From the NCBI GenBank assembly GCA_964594545.1, contig CAZQNB010000003.1:18137-82136 (forward strand): 64,000 bases of DNA, given 5' to 3'. Origin of the DNA: an uncultured bacterium (GTDB lineage Bacteria; Chlamydiota; Chlamydiia; Chlamydiales; SM23-39). A model generated the notes under the pieces. The model was not told the DNA's origin. It did no database searches and saw only the letters and a program-made list of their open reading frames with translations. The position numbers were made by a program, and so were the translations under genes. Below, in pieces: positions 17,861-25,634 of the stretch. Each line of letters opens with the position of its first letter. Within the stretch, counting starts at the first letter, position 1.

Positions 17861-19210
17861 GTGGAAAATTCTTCCAAAACTCAAGTTTCATGCATACTTG
17901 AGCCCCTACATCGTCTTGAAGCCTCATCTGATTCCATTCAAGATCGTAAGAAGTTGGTGGAATTTTTTTGTGTTCAAGTGATTCCTTTTATTGCCCGCTA
18001 TGCACCCATTCTTCCTCTCTTGGAGAAGCTCCGAACCGATTACAGAAACCTAAAGGATGCGATTAAAGCACATGAAAACAATGCGATTGCTGAATGTAAA
18101 AAAGCTTTTCGTCAAATCAAGAGAGATCTTAAAGCTCGAGCCTCGCTTCCCGATGAGGCAGTTCTTTGCCTTAATGAAGCTCGTTCTGTCTTTCTCAAAG
18201 GCCAATTCCGAGAAAGCCAAATCTACTCGGATACAGTTCGAGATCTATTGCAGCTCCTTTTAGAGGTAGGATTTAAAGATATCTGTGCAAAACATGCTGA
18301 ACTTATTGAAGTCGGTGCATGTATTCAAATAGATCTCACTCAACGTCCAGGATGGGTTCTTGTCAATGAACAGGGGAAGGGAAAGCTCTTCCCTTTTGAA
18401 GGTTTTAGCAAATCCGATGCACTTCGCAATCCCAATCTGATATTCCACCATCCTGAAATGGAACATGTGAAAACCGCACAAATCCACTTTTTCACATTTG
18501 ACCCTTCTTCGGAAAAAGCTGTTGCGGCATCTAAACGGGTGTATTGGGGCCAACTTCACGATCCTGCGGTTGTTTGGCACTATTTTGAATCTGCACTTTG
18601 GTGTTGGAATACTCCAAGCTCGTATTTTGAAGACAGGTTATCTTCTTCAGAAAGTCAGACGGAGTACGTAAAGTGGAGGGAAATTTCAAAGCTTCAAGGA
18701 GAGGTTCAGGATAACAATCGCATCGTAGTATTTACCGAACGGCTCTTTAAAGAAGGTCTTAAGACCTTAATCAATGCGATTTCCGTATTCATAGCAGAAG
18801 AAACGTACAAGGTTGAAGCCCTACCAAAAGTCATAGAGGAAGCTACTTTCAAGCTATTTTGGGAGCGAGAACAATTATGGATTTCTGTCGAATCTTCCGC
18901 AGGCAAAGAAGAGTTGTGCATTCAAAAATTTAAAGATTTTGGATACACAGAAGGGTCTGAGCCAAAGAAATTTTGCAAAAAATTAGTTCAGGTCTCTCCT
19001 GAAATACAGGTCCCGTATCAGATGCCATTTGATCGGGCAGCTCATGTTCTCGACAGGCTGAATCTTCCTCCCTCTCTGAAAAGGCAGTATTTTGGGACTG
19101 CGCAAAAAGACTCTGTAATCTACCAAGGTCCAGAAATTCATCTCAGTCTGGAGGCTAAAGATCTAGCCTCCATTATTCAAGATCTTCGGACCATTCATAA
19201 TTCTAACTAA
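17861..19210 (+). CDS. hypothetical protein (orphan, island-encoded)
   Basis: 449-aa ORF with a GTG start preceded by GAGGTAG. It diverges from the replication module. No recognisable motif. Confidence 0.55.
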   Translation: MENSSKTQVSCILEPLHRLEASSDSIQDRKKLVEFFCVQVIPFIARYAPILPLLEKLRTDYRNLKDAIKAHENNAIAECKKAFRQIKRDLKARASLPDEAVLCLNEARSVFLKGQFRESQIYSDTVRDLLQLLLEVGFKDICAKHAELIEVGACIQIDLTQRPGWVLVNEQGKGKLFPFEGFSKSDALRNPNLIFHHPEMEHVKTAQIHFFTFDPSSEKAVAASKRVYWGQLHDPAVVWHYFESALWCWNTPSSYFEDRLSSSESQTEYVKWREISKLQGEVQDNNRIVVFTERLFKEGLKTLINAISVFIAEETYKVEALPKVIEEATFKLFWEREQLWISVESSAGKEELCIQKFKDFGYTEGSEPKKFCKKLVQVSPEIQVPYQMPFDRAAHVLDRLNLPPSLKRQYFGTAQKDSVIYQGPEIHLSLEAKDLASIIQDLRTIHNSN

Positions 19211-19226
19211 TTTCTTCATGTTTAAA

Positions 19227-19258
19227 CATTGTAACTAATAAATTATTTAGTTACAATG
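19227..19258. promoter_or_regulatory. perfect 12-bp inverted repeat (cattgtaactaa-N8-ttagttacaatg) upstream of the packaging module
   Basis: Seen directly in the sequence. It lies between the orf449 stop and the 62-aa ORF / TerS genes. Operator-like or terminator-like. Confidence 0.4.
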
Positions 19259-19289
19259 ACCTATAGAGGAATTAAGGCGGGAATTTCTT

Positions 19290-19478
19290 ATGTCAGTAAA
19301 CCGAGAAGAAGCTCTAAACAAAATTGAACAGCAGCTTTGGCTTAAATGGCAAGACAAGCCAGCGACAGAAAAACAGAAGCACTTCCTCAATAAACTAGGA
19401 ATCCCATTCAGCCAAGATCTTTCCAAGGGAGATGCATTTTTCTTCTTACGTCAGCGGCTAAATCATTCAAACCAATAG
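19290..19478 (+). CDS. small hypothetical protein (62 aa)
   Basis: ATG preceded by AGGCGGGA. It sits immediately upstream of TerS and has no recognisable domain. Confidence 0.4.
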   Translation: MSVNREEALNKIEQQLWLKWQDKPATEKQKHFLNKLGIPFSQDLSKGDAFFFLRQRLNHSNQ

Positions 19479-19488
19479 AGGGACAGTA

Positions 19489-19926
19489 GTGCCAGCGCCT
19501 AAGGGACACAAGCCATATAACACGGCAGAGGATAGGGGTGGTAGACCTCGAAAGTGGACTGCTGAACGGATCGAGCAAGAAGCTGATGCGTTTGAAGAAT
19601 GGATGGGTCGACCAGATTCCATTTGGTACGAGGACTTTTGCTTAGAGCGAGGATATCTTCCTGACAATCTTGTTCGGTGGGCAAAGGAGAATGAAAGGTT
19701 TTGCACCGTTTATAAGAAATCACAGGTGTGGCAGAAAAGCAAGCTGGTCCGTGGCGGACTTTTGAACACCTATAACGCTGGATTTACCAAATTCGTCATG
19801 GGCAATACCTGTGGATGGTCAGATAAACAGCAGATTGGAGGCGACGCAACCAATCCTCTCTCTTTCATTCTACAACGGGTTGATGGTGCCTCTAAGGATT
19901 TAGTTGATGATCGAGAACACGCTTGA
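19489..19926 (+). CDS. terS: phage terminase small subunit
   Basis: MPAPKGHKPYNTAEDRGGRPRKWTAERIEQEADAFEEWM... is the typical N-terminal DNA-binding region of TerS proteins. It overlaps the downstream large subunit. GTG start. Confidence 0.7.
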   Translation: MPAPKGHKPYNTAEDRGGRPRKWTAERIEQEADAFEEWMGRPDSIWYEDFCLERGYLPDNLVRWAKENERFCTVYKKSQVWQKSKLVRGGLLNTYNAGFTKFVMGNTCGWSDKQQIGGDATNPLSFILQRVDGASKDLVDDREHA

Positions 19927-21397
19927 GCAAGCAGAAAAGCGATTAGCAGACCCTCTATGGAGATTGGATCATTTGTATTCGATCATCAACAAATCGGGAG
20001 ATAAAGTTTCTTTCCACCTGAACAGAGCACAGAAACAGCTTTATCAGGAGATGTGGTTCTGCAACCTCGTTCTCAAAGCTCGCCAACTCGGCGTTTCAAC
20101 TTTTGTCTGCTTACTTTTTCTTGATAGGTGTCTTTTCAATAGTAACCAGCATGCAGGGATCATTGCCCACACCCGCGAAGATGCCGAAGTCATGTTTCGT
20201 CGAATCAAATTTGCCTATGACAGTTTGCCGCCAGAGTTGAAGGCTGTTCGGCAAGTTAATACCGATAACGCCCGAGAGCTTCAGCTATCGAATGGGTCTT
20301 CTCTTCGTGTCGGCACTTCGATGCGCTCGTCATCCTTGCAATTTCTTCACATTTCCGAATTTGGAAAGATCTGCGCCAAATTCCCCGACAAAGCTAGAGA
20401 AATTATCACAGGCTCTTTGAACGCCCTGGCTTCTGGGCAATATGTTTTTATTGAATCTACAGCCGAGGGTCGTGAGGGATATTTTTATGAAATGGTCAAA
20501 GAAGCTCAAAAGCTCAAAGATTCAGGCAAAAAACTGACGCCCTTGGACTTTAAACTGCACTTTTTTCCTTGGTGGGCTGAGAAAGCCTATAGAATCGATT
20601 CACAAGGATCAACCATGTCAACAGAGCTCTCAACCTATTTTGACGCATTAGAAGTGTCTCTAAACGTTCGCCTGGACCTTGAGCAACGAGCTTGGTATGC
20701 CAAACGCGCTATTACACAAGGCGAAGACATGAAACGAGAGTACCCAAGCACCCCAGATGAAGCTTTCGAGGTATCCAATGAAGGGTTGTACTATGGCAGA
20801 CAGATATCTGAGGCAAGGCAACAAGGACGGATTCGTAAGATCTATTACGATGCAAATATTCCTGTTCACACGGCCTGGGATCTGGGCTATAACGATTCAA
20901 CGGCAATCTGGCTGTTTCTGCAATGTGGCCAGGAAATTCATCTCCTAGAGTATTACGAAAACAGCGGAGAAGCCCTAACCCATTATCTTCACTATCTGAA
21001 GAGTAAGCCTTACAGCTACGGTAAGCATCTCGTCCCTCATGATGCAGCAGTGCATGAATTCAGCACGGGTCTGACAAGAGTAGAGATTGCCAAAAGTCAT
21101 GGAATCAACTTCACGGTTGTTCCTGATATCGGCGTTAATGAAGGAATTGATGCCGTCCGAAATCTTTTGAATCGTTGCTGGTTCGATGAAGAAAAATGCG
21201 GACAGGGCCTTCATGCTTTAGAAAACTATCGAAAAGAGTGGAATGAGCGTTATGGTTGTTGGACCAGTCACCCTCTACATAATTTCGCTAGCCATGGTGC
21301 AGACGCTTTCAGAATCTTGGCAGTAGGTGGCAGTAAACTCGCAAATAAAGGTCTCAGTGCTGAGGAATGGAGAGACTTAAGAAGAAAATACACTTAG
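19907..21397 (+). CDS. terL: phage terminase large subunit
   Basis: Deviant Walker A VLKARQLGVSTF and Walker B-like IFIESTAEG. C-terminal RNaseH-like nuclease acidic motifs (HTAWDLGYNDSTAIW, LVPHDAAV). Confidence 0.8.
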   Translation: MIENTLEQAEKRLADPLWRLDHLYSIINKSGDKVSFHLNRAQKQLYQEMWFCNLVLKARQLGVSTFVCLLFLDRCLFNSNQHAGIIAHTREDAEVMFRRIKFAYDSLPPELKAVRQVNTDNARELQLSNGSSLRVGTSMRSSSLQFLHISEFGKICAKFPDKAREIITGSLNALASGQYVFIESTAEGREGYFYEMVKEAQKLKDSGKKLTPLDFKLHFFPWWAEKAYRIDSQGSTMSTELSTYFDALEVSLNVRLDLEQRAWYAKRAITQGEDMKREYPSTPDEAFEVSNEGLYYGRQISEARQQGRIRKIYYDANIPVHTAWDLGYNDSTAIWLFLQCGQEIHLLEYYENSGEALTHYLHYLKSKPYSYGKHLVPHDAAVHEFSTGLTRVEIAKSHGINFTVVPDIGVNEGIDAVRNLLNRCWFDEEKCGQGLHALENYRKEWNERYGCWTSHPLHNFASHGADAFRILAVGGSKLANKGLSAEEWRDLRRKYT

Positions 21398-21447
21398 AAA
21401 ATTTTATCGGTTTTTGGTAGTCTCGATTAAGATTTTTTTAACCAAGA

Positions 21448-22515
21448 ATGCTCAAAGTGGCCGATACATCGATTAGAGAATCAGAACTCATCCCTTCCAC
21501 ATACGTCGAATTGCTTAACATTCTCAAAGAAAAGATCCGCTCTTCTCAGATTAAAGCCTCTATTTCCGTAAACACAAAGCTGGTTAAACTCTACTGGGAA
21601 ATCGGGCTCGAGATTGTCCAAAGACAAAAGGAAGAAGGGTGGGGGACCAAAGTTATAGATAACCTGGCCAAGGATCTTAAAACCAGTTTTCCTCAAATGG
21701 CTGGATTCTCTCCTCGTAACCTATTCTATATGAAGCAATTTGCCGAAGCTTATCCAGAATTTTCAATTTTGCAGCAAGCTGCTGCAAAAATACCCTGGGG
21801 ACACAACATGCTCTTGATCGACAAGCTTGACGAGCTAGATAAGCGACTCTGGTATGCACAAAAGACAATTGAAAATGGATGGAGTCGGAATGTTTTGGAG
21901 ATGTGGATCGAATCGGATCTTTATAGCAGACAGGGAAAGGCTATTACGAACTTTTCGGCTACGCTTCCTCAACCAGATTCTGATCTTGCAAATGCGACTT
22001 TAAAAGACCCTTATTGCTTTGACTTCTTAAGAATGCGCGAAAAGGCTGATGAGGCTGAGCTTGAAGCGGGGCTGGTTGAGCACATTCAAAAAGTTCTTGT
22101 TGAGCTTGGCACTGGTTTTGCCTTTGTGGCTCGGCAATATCGGGTTGAAGTGGATGGAGAGGAATTTTTAATCGACTTACTTTTCTATCACTTTAAGCTT
22201 AAACGATTTGTTGTTGTAGAACTCAAGAGTGGCCCGTTCAAACCCGAGTATGCAGGAAAGATGAGTTTTTATCTGGCTGCGGTAGATGCACAACTGAAAC
22301 AGCCCAATGATGCCCCCTCGATTGGGATGATCCTTTGCAAAACAAAGAAAAAATTGATGGTTGAATATACTCTACAAGAAAGCCGCCGCCCTATTGGAGT
22401 TGCGACCTACACAACAAAGCTCGTTGAGACTCTTCCTAAGGATCTTCAAACTAGTTTACCGACGATCGAACAGATTGAAGCTCAACTATCTCGAGATCAA
22501 AGAACAAAAAGTTAA
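21448..22515 (+). CDS. DUF1016 (YhcG-type) PD-(D/E)xK nuclease-domain protein
   Basis: Full-length YhcG-like pattern: PWGHNMLLIDKL, LWYAQKTIENGWSRNVLE, DPYCFDFL, GTGFAFVARQYRVEVDGEEFLIDLLFYHFKLKRFVVVELK (D...ELK core). Confidence 0.8.
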   Translation: MLKVADTSIRESELIPSTYVELLNILKEKIRSSQIKASISVNTKLVKLYWEIGLEIVQRQKEEGWGTKVIDNLAKDLKTSFPQMAGFSPRNLFYMKQFAEAYPEFSILQQAAAKIPWGHNMLLIDKLDELDKRLWYAQKTIENGWSRNVLEMWIESDLYSRQGKAITNFSATLPQPDSDLANATLKDPYCFDFLRMREKADEAELEAGLVEHIQKVLVELGTGFAFVARQYRVEVDGEEFLIDLLFYHFKLKRFVVVELKSGPFKPEYAGKMSFYLAAVDAQLKQPNDAPSIGMILCKTKKKLMVEYTLQESRRPIGVATYTTKLVETLPKDLQTSLPTIEQIEAQLSRDQRTKS

Positions 22516-23522
22516 ACTTTCTCTACGCCGTAGGTGATGTGAAAGTCATGATCTCCGCCAAGGCGGCGAGAGAGCCCTTGCTCTAAACGTACTTGCTCTA
22601 GTTCAGGGCAAGCAACTGCTACAAGATGAATTTTTTTTGTTCCCTGATCAAAGCAGTCTGCATGAGAAATCCGAAAAGAAAATTTCTGGCCTAGTTTAGC
22701 AATTTGTCCTGTCTTTTCGGTTGCGACAATGACGCTGATATGGCCGCCAGCCATCCCTTTTTTGAAATAAGGAGGAGGCTCAATTCCCATTTTACCACAG
22801 TATTTGAGAAGTGAAAAGATTTGCTCATCAGGGATGTCGAGATAGACAAACCCTTGATCATTGCGTCTTAAGGTCCCTTCAAGAAGAGGGGCTGTTTCAT
22901 ATTTCCATTGGAGGAGTTTGTATTGGGGAATGGCTTGCTTTAAATGGGCGGCTGCTAGAATGCCCTGACAGAAACCTTCAAAATAATCTCCGTTTTTAAA
23001 ATGTTTGCCCGAATTGTAGAGTTCTAAAATAATCTGGATGGTAGCGCAAAGGACTATAATTTCTATCGAACCGTACAGTATAGAAGCAAGGAATAGTCCA
23101 TCGAGCATTCCTTTAGAAAATGCATTACAGGCACTCCAAGCATCGCCTATACAAACGAACGTTTTCAATTCGTCCATATGGTTTACTAAATCGCTGAATG
23201 AGGTGACTGTATAGCTTAAAACAGGATGAAAAAAGAGAAAGCCAAAAGCGGCAGTAGTCAAACAAGAATGGAAAAATTGATATACAGCTTGGGTAATATC
23301 TTTACGTTCCACTGCTTTTAGGGTAGCTTTCATTTGTGTGATAACACGAGCTCCAGATAGGGCCATCGAAAGAGGCATACGGCATGAGCGGTGGAGAGCT
23401 AATAATGGAAGTGCTGCAATAGCTTTTTGAGGCCAGTTGCAGCTTGTACCATCTGTAATGGGCTGCGGAACATCTCGAGAGTAATCTCTTTGATAGAGAA
23501 TAGGGTAATTAATAGCAGCCAT
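22512..23522 (-). CDS. membrane protein with C-terminal putative 2H-phosphoesterase-like domain
   Basis: Hydrophobic segments TAAFGFLFFHPVLSYTVTSF and LFLASILYGSIEIIVLCATIQIIL. The C-terminal domain carries two H-h-(S/T)-h motifs (GGHISVIV and DFHITYG) about 69 aa apart. ATG at 23522 with GAGG upstream. Confidence 0.55.
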   Translation of the reverse strand: MAAINYPILYQRDYSRDVPQPITDGTSCNWPQKAIAALPLLALHRSCRMPLSMALSGARVITQMKATLKAVERKDITQAVYQFFHSCLTTAAFGFLFFHPVLSYTVTSFSDLVNHMDELKTFVCIGDAWSACNAFSKGMLDGLFLASILYGSIEIIVLCATIQIILELYNSGKHFKNGDYFEGFCQGILAAAHLKQAIPQYKLLQWKYETAPLLEGTLRRNDQGFVYLDIPDEQIFSLLKYCGKMGIEPPPYFKKGMAGGHISVIVATEKTGQIAKLGQKFSFRISHADCFDQGTKKIHLVAVACPELEQVRLEQGLSRRLGGDHDFHITYGVEKV

Positions 23523-23569
23523 ATTTTTTACCTCTGTTTTTTCAGATCTTGCAGGGTTAATTTCCTTTA

Positions 23570-24178
23570 TTACCAATCGTAGAGTTGATGATTAGCTTGG
23601 AAATCGCCTACTTCTAATACTTCGTTAATTTGAATCTCTAAGCAGTCTTCCTTACATGACACAACACCTTGTTGGACGAGGAAATTAGGAGAGGCGTAAG
23701 CTTTTCCCCATCCCGTTCTGCCAAAATATACGGTTTCTAATTGGACGGGTTGATCTGCAATAAATTCGAGTTTTGCCTTTTGTACAGGGCATGCGAGCCA
23801 ATCATTTTTATGAAATGCCTGCGGGAATTTTTGTTTAAATACATCCATATTTGTGCCGCCCCTCCAGATCACTGTAGTTTTATTGGCCGCCACATCGAAA
23901 TAAATTTCGGCATCTGTAGGTAGATGGTATTTAGCTATGAACTCTTGAGCACGTTTTTTTGCTTCAAACTCGTTTGCAACGACGGCATCTAGCATCTGCG
24001 TGTCGATTGCTTGCTTTAGCAAAGCAGTTTCAGCTTTTAACCTTCGATACGAAGATTTTATAGATGTTTCACTTGTAGTATTTTGTTGAGTGGTTGGATG
24101 AACCTGTGCTTCTAAAGAAAATTCTTGAACCTGTTCTGGACGAGAAAAATTAATATGACTGGTAGGGATAAATTCCAT
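23570..24178 (-). CDS. hypothetical protein (first gene of island cargo operon)
   Basis: 202-aa ORF from the ATG at 24178, preceded by AAGGAG. No recognisable domain. A TTGAAA-N17-CATATT promoter-like pair lies at 24232-24204 (minus). Confidence 0.55.
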   Translation of the reverse strand: MEFIPTSHINFSRPEQVQEFSLEAQVHPTTQQNTTSETSIKSSYRRLKAETALLKQAIDTQMLDAVVANEFEAKKRAQEFIAKYHLPTDAEIYFDVAANKTTVIWRGGTNMDVFKQKFPQAFHKNDWLACPVQKAKLEFIADQPVQLETVYFGRTGWGKAYASPNFLVQQGVVSCKEDCLEIQINEVLEVGDFQANHQLYDW

Positions 24179-24642
24179 AATTAACTCCTTTTTTTGCACT
24201 TTGAATATGCTGGTTTTGTTGTTTTATTTCAACTTTAAGTAATTATTAGTGATGGTTGTGTTATGAATAAATAAAAATTAACTAAATTTGTTGACTATAA
24301 TAATGTGTGCAGAAGGTTTAGTACTTAAATCTTAAGAGAATATGCATACACTCTCTTTTTTCTCTGCAAAGGAGTATTTAGAAATTATAGGAATAATTTT
24401 AAAAGTTCTTGCGAGTTTCTGCCAGTCAAAAGTTCTGAATGCGTCCAACCGCCCCCATTCGTCTCTTGGGCACTTTTCCGCTATCGCTCCTTGGGCGTAC
24501 GGAGTACAGCCCTTCGTCGCGATAGCGAAAAATTGCCTCAAGATCCGAACCAAGGACCCCTAATATCTCGTCGGTAAATTTCCGTGATCCTGACTCGGGG
24601 CGTACGGAGTACAGCCCGCCTCGTCACGATCACAAAAATTTC

Positions 24643-24742
24643 CTAGGGCGATCTATTGGGGGCAAGCCCCCATTCTTTTGGATGATTCTTAAAATCCATC
24701 ATCGTTAGAAATGGTTTTCTCGCAGATGCTATAGTCGTTTAA
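24643..24742 (-). pseudogene. fossil 3' end of a second serine recombinase gene (about 30 codons)
   Basis: 24667-24721 aligns ungapped with 13917-13971 (45/55 identical). In the same frame it encodes RKPFLTMMDFKNHPKEWG, versus REPFLTILDFKNRPGEWG in the intact gene. The frame is closed by a stop a few codons upstream. Confidence 0.6.
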
Positions 24743-24897
24743 ATCTCACTTGATAGGTTCTGACTAACGCGAAAGCTGCCAAAGGTTATTAATTATGTTT
24801 TAAACAACTGTAGTTAACTGTGTATTTTTATGATGCAATAAAATATGATTATTTTTTTGGATTAAATATCTTTTTGATTGATAAGGTTTTTTAAATT

Positions 24898-25557
24898 ATG
24901 TCTTTTGCAGTCTCTAGAACAGATCCTTTTTATACGACTAATCCATTTTTAACTGGGGTACATCCCTTTGGTGTTTCGGTAGGAGATATTTTCAACGTTA
25001 CTACCCAAAAAATTAAAGATGCTGTGACATCTCCTGTTGGCCAGGGAGTGATTGGATTTGGATTAGGTACAGGAGTTCATAAAATTTATGGGTCGTTGAC
25101 AGAAAAAACAGTAAAACTATTAGGGGTATCTACAATCCTTCCAAATCCTTTTACAGGTCTATGTCTAGGCTTTAAAATTCTTCTAATTCCTTTTGTATGC
25201 GTCATAGGTCCAATTGAAGAAGAGAAGATGTTTAGAGGGGATTTTCAAGAAGATGTTAAAAATAAACTAAATTCTTTTTATGTGGATCTAGGTCTTTCAG
25301 ATTCAGATGCCAATACAGCTGCTCGTGTGACATCGATATTTTTTGCATCGGTTATTTTTGGTCTTATTCACTTTAGTAACGCTATTGTATTTTGGTGCAA
25401 TCCAGTCCTTTTCCTTCCTCAAGTAGTGGCAGCTACCATTATGGGACTCGTATTCGGCCTTGCCAAGGAATTTTCGGGAGAATTACATATGCCCATTGGC
25501 ATGCATATTGGTAATAACTCCTTAGTCTGGGCTCAATACATAAAGGCATCTTTATAA
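24898..25557 (+). CDS. CPBP family intramembrane glutamic endopeptidase (CAAX protease / Abi-like)
   Basis: All three CPBP motifs are present: EEKMFR (EExxxR), FGLIHF (FxxxH), HIGNN (HxxxN). Polytopic membrane protein. Confidence 0.85.
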   Translation: MSFAVSRTDPFYTTNPFLTGVHPFGVSVGDIFNVTTQKIKDAVTSPVGQGVIGFGLGTGVHKIYGSLTEKTVKLLGVSTILPNPFTGLCLGFKILLIPFVCVIGPIEEEKMFRGDFQEDVKNKLNSFYVDLGLSDSDANTAARVTSIFFASVIFGLIHFSNAIVFWCNPVLFLPQVVAATIMGLVFGLAKEFSGELHMPIGMHIGNNSLVWAQYIKASL

Positions 25558-25565
25558 CTATAACT

Positions 25566-25628
25566 GGACTTTGTACAATTTCATGACTTCCTCGCTGACG
25601 CTCGTCAGTCATGAAATTGTACAAAGTC
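25566..25628. repeat. 63-bp hairpin (23-bp perfect stem)
   Basis: ggactttgtacaatttcatgact ... agtcatgaaattgtacaaagtc, directly after the CPBP gene stop. Confidence 0.85.
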
Positions 25629-25634
25629 GAATAG

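Larger units (their letters stand above)
13908..24460. mobile_element. integrated phage-satellite-like / prophage-remnant island at the 3' end of tRNA-Tyr (about 10.5 kb)
   Basis: The tRNA 3' segment gtccgcccgcccccattc (13908-13925) recurs as gtccaaccgcccccattc (24443-24460; 16/18). Between the two copies lie a serine recombinase, a DUF927 helicase, a SpoVG-like gene, TerS, TerL, a DUF1016 nuclease and orphan genes. Confidence 0.75.

Noticed and set aside
24332-24563. Two mutually overlapping 73-aa ORFs on opposite strands
   Set aside because: They lie in the att-scar and hairpin region. The minus-strand one is better explained as the alternative tail the recombinase ORF would acquire in the excised circle, not as an independent gene.
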